Source: Rhodospirillaceae bacterium (GTDB lineage: Bacteria > Pseudomonadota > Alphaproteobacteria > UBA6615). From it: a stretch of DNA of 64,000 bases. Position numbers and translations under genes: made by a program. How positions within the stretch are numbered: position 1 is the stretch's first letter; the number at the start of each line of letters is the position of its first letter. The notes under the pieces were generated by a model. That model saw only the letters and a list, made by a program, of their open reading frames with translations. It had not been told where the DNA came from and made no database searches. Location: positions 5,748-69,747 of the forward strand of contig JAYPRP010000004.1 of NCBI GenBank assembly GCA_038132575.1, given 5' to 3'. Shown piece by piece: positions 9,020 through 18,903 of this stretch.

Positions 9020-11521
9020 CTAGAACCTTCGCAGCAGGCGTTCCAGGTAGTCGCGTTCCAGGCTCGGTCGCGTGCGGTCGAGTGCCCGGTTCCGTAGCTC
9101 ATCCAGAATTTCCAGCGCCCGGCGGGCCTGCTCGCCGTCGCCGACCTCCCTGCCGCTGTCCTGGGAGAAGAAGCCGTCCGGATTCTCTTCCTGGTCGCCC
9201 AGTTCACGCCCGAGCGGGTCGAACCCCTCCTGGCCGGGTTGCGCAACGCCCCCTTGCTGTTGTCCGGGACCCTGCCCCTGTCCGGGCTGCCGCAGCAGCT
9301 GAAGCGCCATGCTCTGCGCGCCCTGTTGCAGTTCGGCCAGCGCGCGCGCCTGATCGCCAAGCGCGCCGGGTAGATCGCCGCCCTCGATCGCGTTCTCGGC
9401 GTCGCCCATGGCGTCCTCGGCGTTGCCGAGGTTCTCGGGAATCTGGTCCGTCATTTCGCCCAGCCTGCGCATCATCTCGCCCAGTTGCCGGCGAACCTCG
9501 TTCTGCGCGTCCCGCAGGCGCTGGGCCTCTTCCTCCGACAGGCGTTCGCCGCGCTGGTTGCGCTGGAACAGGTCGTCCTGGAGCTCCTGCTGCCGGCGAA
9601 CGATGTCCTGCAGCTCGCGCAGCATCTCCTGGGCGGGCGAGGCCGACTGCTGTTGTAGCTGGTTGGGGGCGTCGTGAAGCGCCTGAAGCATTTGCTGCAT
9701 GCGCTCGAGGAGCTGCTCGACGCTCTCGGTGTCGCCGAGGCGTGCCATCTGCTCGATCTGGTCCAGCATCTGCTGGATCGCCTCCCGGTCCACGAGATTG
9801 GCGTCGTCGCCGGCCTCGGGCAGGGTGGAGAGGTCCATGCCCTCGAGCGCTTGGGACAGGTTCTGCGCCAGCGCCTCGAGGTACCGGTCGAGGGCCGCGC
9901 GGTACTCTTCGAGAAGCTCCTGAATTTCCTCCTCGCTGGCGCCGTTTTCGAGCGCGTCGCGAAGCTGTTGCTGGAGTTCCGCCAGCTCGCGCTCGGTCAA
10001 CGACAGCGCGCCGTCCTCGAGCCGCAGCGCCGTATCCCAGAGCTGGGAGAGGATCGGGAGTACACTTTCCCCGGCGTGCATGTGCACCAGCCGCGAGCGG
10101 GCGGACATGAGTGACAGGAAGATAACGACGTCGTTATCGAAGCGCTGCGGGATCGCGCCGATGTTGTGCAGGGACCGCGCGACCTCGCGGCGGCTGTCCG
10201 GCGACAGGGCGAGCACCCGGCGCTGCTCCACGATCGCGCGGGCGACGGGATGGTTGAAGGTTCGTTCCGGCAGCAGCACGGCGAGACGGTCCGTTTGGCC
10301 GGTCTGTCCGCGGCCGTCCGTGGCGGTGAGACGAATATCGACCTCGAGCCCGGCCCAGGGATGTTCGGTGAGATCGTGAACGCTGACCGCCGATCCGGCG
10401 CGCGGATCGGGGCTGGGGAGGGGCAGTTCGATCGAGACCGGCGCGAGTGTCGTGTTCTCCGGTTCGCCGGGCCATGTGATCTCGGCGGTCACATCCACGA
10501 TCCCGTGGTCGTCGGCGCCGTCATAGCTGATCTGGAGCGTACTGCTGGCGGTTCCCTGCGGGGATTCGACGAAGCTGATCGTCGGCGCGGTGTCAGGCAG
10601 CACGCTGATCTCCCAGGTGCCGAGATCCCGCCCGGACGCTTCCAGCTGCAGTATTTGCGGGCCTGTCGCGTCGAGCGCGGCTTCGATCCGCCAGTTCTCC
10701 CCGCCAACCGGCTCAAGTTCCCGTTCCTGTTCGCCGATGGCAAGGACCGGTGCCCGGCGCGCCTGGCTCACCTGGGCCAGCAGCGTGCTCCCGACCGGGA
10801 TTTCCAGCCCTCGCCCGTCCTCGTTCCTGGCCGCCGTTTTGGGGTCCGCGCTCGCCAGCAGGCGCGGCGGCAGGTTGGTGTAGTCCGGCGGGGTGATCCA
10901 GAGTTCGAGGCTCGGCGGGTTGGCGTTTGCAAGGCTGCGCAGGTCAGGCGAGAACGCAGCATCGATGCGGCGGTTCGCGTCTTCTCCGGCGGCGACAACA
11001 CCGATGGTCAGGAGCACACCCAGCGCGATACGCAGCGCGTAGGGATCACGTTCCGCCAGCTGTGGGCGCGGCCAGCGTAGCCGGAGGCCACGCGCCGCGG
11101 CAGCGGCCTGCGCAACATGGCGCTGCCAGAGGCGTTCGGTCTCCGGATCCACGACCCCGATCACCGGCCGGTCCTCGATCACGGTGAGCGGGCGGTGGGC
11201 CAGGCCCGCGTCGGTTTCGAGCCGCCGGGTTGCGGCAGCGGCGCTCGGCGGCCGGATGCGCCGAAGACCACGATGGAACTGCCAGACGAAAAGGGTGGCG
11301 AAGCCGGCCAGGATCAGCCCGTGGAACCAGCCTGGAAGCAGGGGAAACACGTCAAGGAGCGCGAGCGTTAGGAACAGGAGCGCGATCCCGGCCGCTGGCC
11401 AGAGCGCGGGCCAGGCGCTTTCCCAGAACAACGACAGGCGCGCGATGGCGCGGCGCAGCCCGAGATGAGCGGGTCTCCGCGGCTCTCCGATGTCTGGTCC
11501 GAACTCGTTCAAATCGCTCAA
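9020..11521 (-). CDS. DUF4175-family large coiled-coil/low-complexity protein (TIGR02302-like)
   Basis: The N-terminal TM region 'RRAIARLSLFWESAWPALWPAAGIALLFLTLALL' and the long Gln/Glu-rich coiled-coil C-terminus are present. The proposed start is TTG 11521 (MSDLNEF...), preceded by GGGAG. The 11719 ORF start would overlap lysA by about 150 nt. Confidence 0.5.
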   Translation of the reverse strand: MSDLNEFGPDIGEPRRPAHLGLRRAIARLSLFWESAWPALWPAAGIALLFLTLALLDVFPLLPGWFHGLILAGFATLFVWQFHRGLRRIRPPSAAAATRRLETDAGLAHRPLTVIEDRPVIGVVDPETERLWQRHVAQAAAAARGLRLRWPRPQLAERDPYALRIALGVLLTIGVVAAGEDANRRIDAAFSPDLRSLANANPPSLELWITPPDYTNLPPRLLASADPKTAARNEDGRGLEIPVGSTLLAQVSQARRAPVLAIGEQERELEPVGGENWRIEAALDATGPQILQLEASGRDLGTWEISVLPDTAPTISFVESPQGTASSTLQISYDGADDHGIVDVTAEITWPGEPENTTLAPVSIELPLPSPDPRAGSAVSVHDLTEHPWAGLEVDIRLTATDGRGQTGQTDRLAVLLPERTFNHPVARAIVEQRRVLALSPDSRREVARSLHNIGAIPQRFDNDVVIFLSLMSARSRLVHMHAGESVLPILSQLWDTALRLEDGALSLTERELAELQQQLRDALENGASEEEIQELLEEYRAALDRYLEALAQNLSQALEGMDLSTLPEAGDDANLVDREAIQQMLDQIEQMARLGDTESVEQLLERMQQMLQALHDAPNQLQQQSASPAQEMLRELQDIVRRQQELQDDLFQRNQRGERLSEEEAQRLRDAQNEVRRQLGEMMRRLGEMTDQIPENLGNAEDAMGDAENAIEGGDLPGALGDQARALAELQQGAQSMALQLLRQPGQGQGPGQQQGGVAQPGQEGFDPLGRELGDQEENPDGFFSQDSGREVGDGEQARRALEILDELRNRALDRTRPSLERDYLERLLRRF

Positions 11522-11561
11522 ATCGGCTCCCGATGCGGCCGTCGGGAACGACAGCGCGCGG

Positions 11562-12824
11562 TTAGGTTTGCCAGTCCGCCAGTGCTTCCTGCGCCAGCAT
11601 TGCGGCAACATCCTGGCGCGCCCGCACGGTGCTGAAGCAATCGCCTCGCACGAGGACTTCGGCGACGAGCGGGCGGCTATTGTAGCCCGATGCCATGACA
11701 GCGCCATAGGCACCGGCATCCCGGATCACGACAAGTTCACCCGCGGCGAGCGTGGGCATATCCCGCCCGGTCGCGAACGTGTCGCCCGTCTCGCAGACGG
11801 GCCCGACGATGTCGTAGGTGCGGGATTCCCCGTCCGGTGCGCGCACGGACATGATCTCGTGGTGCGCCTCGTACATGGCCGGCCGGACAAGGTCGTTCAT
11901 GGCGGCATCGACGATGGCGAAACGACGCGTCCCGGTGTCCTTCACGTAGACGATTTCCGACAGGAGCACACCCGCAGGGCCGGCGAGAAAACGCCCGGGT
12001 TCGAACACCAGGGTGCAGCCGAGGCCGCCGACTGTCTCGGCGACGATGGCGGCATAGTCGCGCGGGTCCGGCGGGGTGTCCTGCCCGTAGTCGATGCCGA
12101 GGCCGCCGCCCAGGTCGAGAGTGGTGATGTCATGTCCGTCCGCGCGGAGTTCCCCGACAAGCTCCGCCACCCGCGCGAAGGCGTCGCGGAACGGGGACAG
12201 ATCCGTCAGCTGGCTGCCGATATGGACGGCGACCGATGTCGGCGCGATCCCCGGCAGCCCCGCAGCACGGGCATAGATTTCCCGCGCCTGGCCGATGTCG
12301 ATCCCGAACTTGTCGTGATGGCGGCCGGTCGAAATCTTGTGGTGGGTGTCCGCGTCGACGTCGGGATTGACCCGGATCGCGATGTTGACGGTCGCGCACT
12401 CGGCCGTCGCGATGTCCGACAGCCGCTCGAGCTCGGGCACCGATTCCACGTTGAATTGTCCGATCCCGGCGGCGATCGCCTGGCGCATCTCCCCCGCCGT
12501 CTTGCCGACGCCGGAGAAGACGATCTCGGCCGGGTCGATGCCCGCCGCCAGCGCTCGTGTCAGCTCGCCGCCCGACACCACGTCGGCGCCGGCACCGCAC
12601 GACGCCAGCGCGCGGATGACGGCCAGGTTCGAGTTGGCCTTCATCGCGTAGCAAATCCGTGCGTCCAGCCCCGCATCCTCGAATGCGTCCGCGAACCGGC
12701 GGTAGGCATCGGTCAGCGCGGTCTCTGAATAGACATAGACGGGCGTTCCCACTGCCTCGGCGATACGCGACAGGGGCACGTCCTCGGCGTGAAGTTCGCC
12801 GTTCCGGTATTCGAACTGGGTCAT
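11562..12824 (-). CDS. lysA: diaminopimelate decarboxylase
   Basis: 420-aa fold-III PLP decarboxylase. The PLP-lysine region 'CYAMKANSNLAVI' and the 'GGGLGI' motif are present, and the start reads 'MTQFEYRNGELHAEDVPL'. Confidence 0.9.
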   Translation of the reverse strand: MTQFEYRNGELHAEDVPLSRIAEAVGTPVYVYSETALTDAYRRFADAFEDAGLDARICYAMKANSNLAVIRALASCGAGADVVSGGELTRALAAGIDPAEIVFSGVGKTAGEMRQAIAAGIGQFNVESVPELERLSDIATAECATVNIAIRVNPDVDADTHHKISTGRHHDKFGIDIGQAREIYARAAGLPGIAPTSVAVHIGSQLTDLSPFRDAFARVAELVGELRADGHDITTLDLGGGLGIDYGQDTPPDPRDYAAIVAETVGGLGCTLVFEPGRFLAGPAGVLLSEIVYVKDTGTRRFAIVDAAMNDLVRPAMYEAHHEIMSVRAPDGESRTYDIVGPVCETGDTFATGRDMPTLAAGELVVIRDAGAYGAVMASGYNSRPLVAEVLVRGDCFSTVRARQDVAAMLAQEALADWQT

Positions 12825-12857
12825 GTCGGTCTCTCGAGCCTGGCGCGATGGTGCGCG

Positions 12858-13004
12858 TCAGCGGGTCGGATAGGTGCGCGGGTAGGTGACTTTCTCGCCT
12901 TTCGGCGGTTTCGGCGGTCCCTTCTTGCCGCACGCCGTGAGCGCGAAGGCAAGCATCAGGGCGATCACGACCTGTCGCGGCATACCGTGAAGCATCCGGC
13001 GCAT
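12858..13004 (-). CDS. small lipoprotein, LptM/YifL-like
   Basis: The signal peptide with lipobox 'LMLAFALTAC|GKKGPPKPPKGEK' resembles E. coli LptM 'LTGCGLKGPLYFPP'. It sits between argH and lysA. The start is ambiguous (ATGs at 13004, 12995 and 12983). Confidence 0.5.
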   Translation of the reverse strand: MRRMLHGMPRQVVIALMLAFALTACGKKGPPKPPKGEKVTYPRTYPTR

Positions 13005-13005
13005 C

Positions 13006-14427
13006 CTAGGCGCTCCCGTGCGAGCCGAGGAACCGTGCACGCGCGTCGGCGGCAGCGGCCCGGACATTGTCGGGCGCCGTGCCGCCGAAACTGGTCCGGC
13101 TCGCCACGGACGCCTCCACGCTCAGCACCTCGAACACGTCAGCGGTGATTCTTCCATCGATCCCCTGCAAATCCTCGAGCGAGAGCTCGGCGAGGCTCGC
13201 ATTCTTTTCTTCGGCAAGTGCGACCGCTGCACCGGTGATTGCGTGCGCGTCGCGGAACGGCACGTCGGCCGCCCGTACGAGCCAGTCGGCCAGGTCGGTC
13301 GCGGTCGAATGACCCTTGCCCGCGGCCGCCAGCATGTTCTCGGGCTCGGCCTGCATGTCGGCGACCATGCCGGTCGTCGCGGCGAGCGCGAGGGCCAGGG
13401 AATCCGCGGCGTCGAAGACCGGCTCCTTGTCTTCCTGCATGTCCTTCGAATAGGCGAGCGGCAGCCCCTTCATGACCGTCAGGAGCCCGAGCAGCGCACC
13501 GTAGATCCGCCCCGTCTTGGCCCGGGACAGCTCGGCGGCGTCCGGGTTGCGCTTCTGGGGCATCATCGAGCTGCCGGTCGTATAGGCGTCGGAGAGTGCG
13601 ATGAAGCGGAAGCCGTCGCTGCACCAGATCACCAGTTCCTCGGAGAAGCGCGAGATATGGGTCGCGCAGATCGCCGCGGCGGACAGGAATTCGAGCGCGA
13701 AGTCCCGGTCGGACACCGCATCCAGCGAGTTCGCCATGGGCCGGTCGAAGCCGAGCGTGTCGGCCGTCGCATGCCGGTCGATCGGGAAGGATGTGCCGGC
13801 CAGTGCGCCCGCGCCCAGCGGTGATTCGTTGAGCCGCGCGCGCGCATCTGCCAGCCGCCCCCGGTCGCGGCCGAACATCTCGACATAGGCAAGCAGGTGG
13901 TGGCCGAAGGTGACCGGCTGGGCCGTCTGCAAATGGGTAAACCCGGGCATGACCGTGGCGGCATGGGCCTCGGCCTTGTCGAGCAATGCGCCCTGGAGTC
14001 CGGCGAGCTGGCCGTCCAGCGCATCGATCTCGTCCCGCACCCACAGCCGGAAGTCCGTTGCGACCTGGTCGTTGCGCGAGCGTGCGGTGTGCAGCCGGCC
14101 GGCGGCGTCACCGACGAGCTCGCGCAGCCGCGACTCGATGTTCATGTGGATGTCCTCGAGGGCCGTCTTGAATTCGAAGTCGCCCGTCTCGAGCTCTCGC
14201 GAAATCGTGTCTAGACCGTCCTCGATTGCCTGCCCATCTTCGGAAGATAGGATGCCTTGTGCCACCAGCATGCGGGCATGCGCGCGCGACCCGGCAATGT
14301 CCTGGGCGAAAAAGCGCTGGTCGAAACCGATGGACGCGTTGATGCGTTCCATTACCTCCGAAGGCCCGGAGGTGAACCGGCCGCCCCACTGCGCATTGGC
14401 TGGCTTGCGTGTGTCGTTCGGGCTCAT
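13006..14427 (-). CDS. argH: argininosuccinate lyase
   Basis: The ATG at 14427 gives '[22 protein letters not shown]...', the canonical ArgH N-terminus. The fumarase/aspartase signature '[12 protein letters not shown]' is present. Confidence 0.9.
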   Translation of the reverse strand: MSPNDTRKPANAQWGGRFTSGPSEVMERINASIGFDQRFFAQDIAGSRAHARMLVAQGILSSEDGQAIEDGLDTISRELETGDFEFKTALEDIHMNIESRLRELVGDAAGRLHTARSRNDQVATDFRLWVRDEIDALDGQLAGLQGALLDKAEAHAATVMPGFTHLQTAQPVTFGHHLLAYVEMFGRDRGRLADARARLNESPLGAGALAGTSFPIDRHATADTLGFDRPMANSLDAVSDRDFALEFLSAAAICATHISRFSEELVIWCSDGFRFIALSDAYTTGSSMMPQKRNPDAAELSRAKTGRIYGALLGLLTVMKGLPLAYSKDMQEDKEPVFDAADSLALALAATTGMVADMQAEPENMLAAAGKGHSTATDLADWLVRAADVPFRDAHAITGAAVALAEEKNASLAELSLEDLQGIDGRITADVFEVLSVEASVASRTSFGGTAPDNVRAAAADARARFLGSHGSA

Positions 14428-14467
14428 GGCATAAAGGCTCTTGCTAATGGGAGCGACGTTTAACGAT

Positions 14468-15055
14468 ATGATACGCCGGATGAAAGTTTTTCTGTTCGCC
14501 GTCACTGCCGCATTCGCGGTCGCGATCATCGGTTCGCCGGGCTTGCCCGCCGGTGCTGCGGCCGATTCCGGGCCCCCCATCGCGGGACAGGTCCAGAACT
14601 ACGAGCCGCTCGCGACCCCGGTTGCGGTCCCCGATGTGACCGTTCTCGACCGGGAAGACGGGCCGGTCACCCTCGACCGGTTCAAGGGCAAGTTCGTGGT
14701 CCTGAACTTCTGGGCGACCTGGTGCGGGCCGTGCATCCGCGAGCTGCCGTCCCTCGCGCGGCTCAACACCGCGCTGGGCGGCGAGACCGCGCAGGTCGTG
14801 CTCGTCAGTCAGGATCGCGGCGGCTTCAAGCAGACCGACCGGTTCCTGAAGAAGCTCCAGGTCGAGTTTCCGGATAACTTCATCGACGAGCGGCTGAAGT
14901 TTTCCCGCGCGATCGGCGTGGTCTCCCTGCCGACGACGATCCTGATCGGACCTGACGGCAAGGAAGTGGGGCGCCTCGTCGGTCACGCCGAGTGGGATTC
15001 GCCCGAGGCTCTCGCGCTCATCGACTGGTACAGGAACGGCGCGGGCGAAAGCTGA
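14468..15055 (+). CDS. tlpA: TlpA-family thiol:disulfide interchange protein (periplasmic thioredoxin)
   Basis: A signal peptide '[22 protein letters not shown]' and the thioredoxin active site '[13 protein letters not shown]' are present. Confidence 0.68.
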   Translation: MIRRMKVFLFAVTAAFAVAIIGSPGLPAGAAADSGPPIAGQVQNYEPLATPVAVPDVTVLDREDGPVTLDRFKGKFVVLNFWATWCGPCIRELPSLARLNTALGGETAQVVLVSQDRGGFKQTDRFLKKLQVEFPDNFIDERLKFSRAIGVVSLPTTILIGPDGKEVGRLVGHAEWDSPEALALIDWYRNGAGES

Positions 15056-15073
15056 ACGCAACCAAGTCTCGTC

Positions 15074-15141
15074 ATGCCTGGGCTTGACCCGGGCATCCCA
15101 TTCGAAGCGTTCCAGGAGATACGCGGATCAAGTCCGCGTAT
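15074..15141. terminator. two GC-rich hairpins between the convergent tlpA and hbd genes (likely a bidirectional terminator, no U-tract)
   Basis: 15074-15096 'ATGCCTGGGC-ttgac-CCGGGCAT' and 15119-15141 'ATACGCGGA-tcaag-TCCGCGTAT' are 9-bp stems with 5-nt loops. Both motifs recur elsewhere in the window. Confidence 0.4.
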
Positions 15142-15156
15142 GACGACCTAGAGGAA

Positions 15157-16029
15157 CTACCGCGTCGGGACCGGCTCGTCGCCCGAATAGTCGTAGAAGC
15201 CGCGGCCGGTCTTGCGGCCGAGCCAACCGGCCTCGACATACTTCACCAGCAGCGGACAGGGACGATACTTCGAGTCCGCGAGGCCGTCATAGAGGACCTG
15301 CATCACCGCGAGGCAGGTGTCGAGGCCGATGAAGTCGGCCAGCTCGAACGGCCCCATGGGATGGTTCGCGCCCAGCTTCATCGAGGTGTCGATCGAATCG
15401 ACGGAGCCGACACCCTCGTAGAGCGTGTAGACCGCCTCGTTGATCATCGGCAGCAGGATGCGGTTGACGATGAAGGCCGGGAAATCCTCGGACACGGTGC
15501 CGGTCTTGCCGAGCTTCTCGGTCAGCGCCTGCACGGTGGTGAAGGTCTCGTCGTCGGTCGCGAGCCCCCGGATGAGCTCGACCAGCTTCATCATCGGCAC
15601 CGGGTTCATGAAATGCATGCCCATGAACTTCTCGGGCCGGTCGGTGGCCGACGCCAGGCGGGTGATGGAGATCGACGACGTGTTCGACGCGATCAGCGCG
15701 TCGTCCTTCAGGTGCGGGCACAGCGCCTCGAAGATCTTCACCTTCGTCGCCTCGTCCTCGGTCGCGGCCTCGATCACCAGATCGCAGTCCGACAGCGCGT
15801 CGAGCCCGGTCGCGGTGGCGATGCGCGCCAGCGCGGCGGCCTTGTCCTCTTCCGCAATCAGGGTGCGCTTGACCTGGCGGTCCATGTTCGCGTCGATCCG
15901 GTCGAGGGATTTCTCGAGCGCGGCGGCGTCGATATCGACGATCACCACGTCATGCTCCGCCAGCGCGCAGACATGGGCGATGCCGCTGCCCATCTGGCCG
16001 GCGCCGATGACGCCAATCTTGTTCAGCAT
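15157..16029 (-). CDS. hbd: 3-hydroxybutyryl-CoA dehydrogenase
   Basis: The ATG at 16029 gives 'MLNKIGVIGAGQMGSGIAHV...' (NAD Rossmann fold), followed by the 3HCDH C-terminal domain. The 577-aa ORF in the track has a 285-aa Arg/Gly-rich N-terminal extension and was rejected. Confidence 0.85.
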   Translation of the reverse strand: MLNKIGVIGAGQMGSGIAHVCALAEHDVVIVDIDAAALEKSLDRIDANMDRQVKRTLIAEEDKAAALARIATATGLDALSDCDLVIEAATEDEATKVKIFEALCPHLKDDALIASNTSSISITRLASATDRPEKFMGMHFMNPVPMMKLVELIRGLATDDETFTTVQALTEKLGKTGTVSEDFPAFIVNRILLPMINEAVYTLYEGVGSVDSIDTSMKLGANHPMGPFELADFIGLDTCLAVMQVLYDGLADSKYRPCPLLVKYVEAGWLGRKTGRGFYDYSGDEPVPTR

Positions 16030-16067
16030 TTGATGTGTCCTGTTGGTTCGTGTGACCGGTCTTCGGG

Positions 16068-17021
16068 TCAGCCCTGCTTCTCGAGCTCTGCGTCGAGCTC
16101 GGGCAGTGCCTTGAAGAGGTCGGCGACCAGACCATAGTCGGCGACCTGGAAGATCGGTGCTTCCTCGTCCTTGTTGATCGCAACGATCACTTTCGAATCC
16201 TTCATCCCCGCCAGATGCTGGATCGCGCCGGAGATGCCGACGGCGATGTAGAGCTCCGGCGCCACGACCTTGCCGGTCTGCCCGACCTGCCAGTCGTTGG
16301 GCACGAAGCCCGCGTCGACCGCCGCGCGCGACGCGCCCATGGCGGCGCCGAGCTTGTCGGCGATGGGCTCGATCAGGGCGTAGTTCTCGCCCGAGGCCAT
16401 GCCGCGGCCGCCGGAGATGACGACTCGGGCGGCCGTGAGCTCCGGCCGGTCGCCGCCCGATTCCGCTCGGGATACGAAGCGCGACAGGCCCGAGTCCGTG
16501 CCGGCATCCACGCTCTCGACGGCGGCGCTGCCGCCCGTAGCGGGCGTCGCGTCGAAGGTGGTGGTGCGCACGGTGATGATCTTCGTCGCGTCGGACGATT
16601 TCACCGTCGCGAGCGCGTTGCCGGCGTAGATCGGCCGGACGAAGGTGTCGGCATCCACGACGGCGCTGATCTCGGAAATCTGCTGCAGGTCGAGGGTTGC
16701 GGCCACGCGCGGCATGAAGTTCTTGCCGCCGGTGGTGGCGGGCGCCAGGACATGGGAATAGTCGCTGGCCAGTCCCGTGACCAGGGCCGCGACATTCTCC
16801 GCGAGCCCGTGCTCGAGCCCGGCATCGTCGGCGACCAGAACCTTTGCGACGCCCTCGATCGCGGCGGCGGCCTCGCCGACCGCGCCGCATCCGGCCCCGG
16901 CGACCAGGACCGTCACGTCGCCGGCACCGGCGTCGGACAGGTGGCGTGCGGCCGTGACCGTGTTCAGGGTCGCGGGCTTGAGAGTTGCATTATCGTGTTC
17001 GGCAATGACGAGAACGGCCAT
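16068..17021 (-). CDS. etfA: electron transfer flavoprotein subunit alpha
   Basis: 317 aa starting at ATG 17021 ([11 protein letters not shown]...), with the FAD-binding C-terminal domain '[19 protein letters not shown]'. The start overlaps the etfB stop (ATGA). Confidence 0.88.
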   Translation of the reverse strand: MAVLVIAEHDNATLKPATLNTVTAARHLSDAGAGDVTVLVAGAGCGAVGEAAAAIEGVAKVLVADDAGLEHGLAENVAALVTGLASDYSHVLAPATTGGKNFMPRVAATLDLQQISEISAVVDADTFVRPIYAGNALATVKSSDATKIITVRTTTFDATPATGGSAAVESVDAGTDSGLSRFVSRAESGGDRPELTAARVVISGGRGMASGENYALIEPIADKLGAAMGASRAAVDAGFVPNDWQVGQTGKVVAPELYIAVGISGAIQHLAGMKDSKVIVAINKDEEAPIFQVADYGLVADLFKALPELDAELEKQG

Positions 17022-17770
17022 CAGATCACCCTCGCTTCGTTCTTCAGCTTGTCCACGAGTTCGGCGACGGTCTCCACCATCACGCCGGCCTCGCGCTTCG
17101 GCGGCTCCTCGACCTTCAGGGTCTCGAGCCTCGGCGCGACATCGACGCCCAGATCGTCGGGCGTGAGCTCGTCGATGGGCTTCTTCTTCGCCTTCATGAT
17201 GTTCGGCAGGGACGCGTAGCGCGGCTCGTTGAGGCGCAGGTCGGTCGTGACGATCGCCGGCAGGTTGATGTCGATGGTCTCGAGCCCGCCGTCGATCTCG
17301 CGGATGACCTTCGCCGTGCCGTCGCCCAGCTCGATCTCCGATGCGAAGGTCGCCTGGGGCCAGCCCAGGAGCGCCGCGAGCATCTGGCCCGTCTGGTTGG
17401 AATCGTCGTCGATGGCCTGCTTGCCCAGGATCACCAGCTCCGGCGACTCGCGCTCGACCAGCGCCTTGAGGAGCTTGGCGACCGCCAGTGGCTCGAGCTC
17501 CGCATCGCTCGCCACATGAATGCCGCGGTCCGCGCCCATCGCCAGCGCCGTGCGGATGGTCTCCTGACACTGTGCGACGCCCAGGGAGACGGCGACAACC
17601 TCCTCGACCTTGCCGGCTTCCTTCAGGCGCACTGCCTCCTCGACCGCAATTTCGTCGAAGGGGTTCATCGACATCTTGACGTTCGAGGTCTCGACGCCGG
17701 TGCCGTCGGATTTGACGCGCACCTTCACGTTGTAGTCGATGACCCGCTTGACGGGGATCAGCATTTTCAT
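17021..17770 (-). CDS. etfB: electron transfer flavoprotein subunit beta
   Basis: '[51 protein letters not shown]' is the canonical EtfB N-terminus. Confidence 0.88.
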   Translation of the reverse strand: MKMLIPVKRVIDYNVKVRVKSDGTGVETSNVKMSMNPFDEIAVEEAVRLKEAGKVEEVVAVSLGVAQCQETIRTALAMGADRGIHVASDAELEPLAVAKLLKALVERESPELVILGKQAIDDDSNQTGQMLAALLGWPQATFASEIELGDGTAKVIREIDGGLETIDINLPAIVTTDLRLNEPRYASLPNIMKAKKKPIDELTPDDLGVDVAPRLETLKVEEPPKREAGVMVETVAELVDKLKNEARVI

Positions 17771-17934
17771 GGGTTTATCCGCTTGCTGGCATGGCCGTTC
17801 CGGGTGCGGGAATTGCCCGCAAAAGCCCCGTGCGCCATGGCGTTTCGTTGTTTTTCGCAGTGCAACATGCCGAACGGGCCGGGGCGAGTCAATTCATCGC
17901 CGGGCGTTGCTCGCCCGTTGAGCTTTTCCGCCCC

Positions 17935-18519
17935 TCAGTTCCGCGTCTGGCCGGGTTCCCAGAGGATGTCCGCCCGGCCGCCATCGTTCAGGGCGCGCGC
18001 CAGGACGAACAGGTGGTCCGACAGGCGGTTGATGTATTTCAGTGCCTCGGCGTTTACGGGCTCGCAGTTGGCCAGTTCCGTCATCAGGCGTTCCGCGCGT
18101 CGCGCTATCGTGCGTGCCATGTGCAGGTGCGCCGCCGCCGGGGTTCCCCCGGGCAGAATGAAGGAACTCAGGGGCGCGAGGTCCTCGTTGATCGCGTCGA
18201 TCTCCGTCTCCAGGCGTTCGACCTGGGCGGGGACGATCCGCAGCGCACCTTCCGACTTGCTGGCGGCGCGCCGGTCTCCCTCGGGCGTGCACAGATCCGC
18301 GCCCAGATCGAACAGATCGTTCTGGATCCGCCGGAGCATCGCGTCGGCATCCGGGGCGTCGCCGGTGTGGAGCCGGGCGAGCCCGATCGCGGCGTTCGCC
18401 TCGTCCACGGTGCCGTAGGCCGCAACGCGCAGGTCGTGCTTGGCGACGCGCACGCCCGAACCGAGCGAGGTGTTGCCGGTATCGCCGCCGCGCGTGTAGA
18501 TCTTCGTCAGTTCGACCAT
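17935..18519 (-). CDS. PduO-type ATP:cob(I)alamin adenosyltransferase
   Basis: 'MVELTKIYTRGGDTGNTSLGSGVRVAKHDLRVAAYGTVDEANAAIG' matches the conserved PduO/MMAB N-terminal domain. Confidence 0.8.
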   Translation of the reverse strand: MVELTKIYTRGGDTGNTSLGSGVRVAKHDLRVAAYGTVDEANAAIGLARLHTGDAPDADAMLRRIQNDLFDLGADLCTPEGDRRAASKSEGALRIVPAQVERLETEIDAINEDLAPLSSFILPGGTPAAAHLHMARTIARRAERLMTELANCEPVNAEALKYINRLSDHLFVLARALNDGGRADILWEPGQTRN

Positions 18520-18523
18520 CGCA

Positions 18524-18736
18524 TCAACCGCCCGAGCCTGCCGCGAACACGAACAGGAGGAACAGGACGATCGCCAGCCCCTGCAGCGCGACGCGGGCCC
18601 GCATCAGCTTGTTGCCGTACTTGCGATTGAACTCGCCGCCTCGCGCCATCGCGATCACACCGAGCACCAGGACAATGACAACCGCGGCAAGCGCCACGGC
18701 GAGCAGGATGGTGAGCGTCTTCATAGAGGCGATCAT
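18524..18736 (-). CDS. twin-transmembrane-helix small protein (DUF2909/HIG1-like)
   Basis: 'MIASMKTLTILLAVALAAVVIVLVLGVIAMARGG...LQGLAIVLFLLFVFAAG' contains two TM helices. The ATG at 18736 was chosen; the ORF-track 5' extension is basic and non-hydrophobic. Confidence 0.5.
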   Translation of the reverse strand: MIASMKTLTILLAVALAAVVIVLVLGVIAMARGGEFNRKYGNKLMRARVALQGLAIVLFLLFVFAAGSGG

Positions 18737-18903
18737 ATCGGCCTCGCCGCGCCGTGACGAGGGGCCGTGGCCGGTGGGCCAACGGATCGAATTCTTGACC
18801 CGAACGCCGCGGATTTGTAGGGTCCGCGCCATGAACGTGATGCGGTCCATTCGAATTGACGGCCCGGCGCACGCCCGACTTACGGGGCGGCGGCCGGGAG
18901 CGC

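Noticed and set aside
9082-10110. 342-aa Arg/Pro-rich plus-strand ORF inside the DUF4175 gene
   Set aside because: It is antisense to the DUF4175 coiled-coil region and is about 25% Arg, a typical GC-frame artifact.
15157-16890. 577-aa version of the hbd ORF with a 285-aa N-terminal extension
   Set aside because: The extension is Arg/Gly-rich with no domain and is antisense to etfA. A bona fide ATG at 16029 gives a canonical 290-aa 3-hydroxybutyryl-CoA dehydrogenase.
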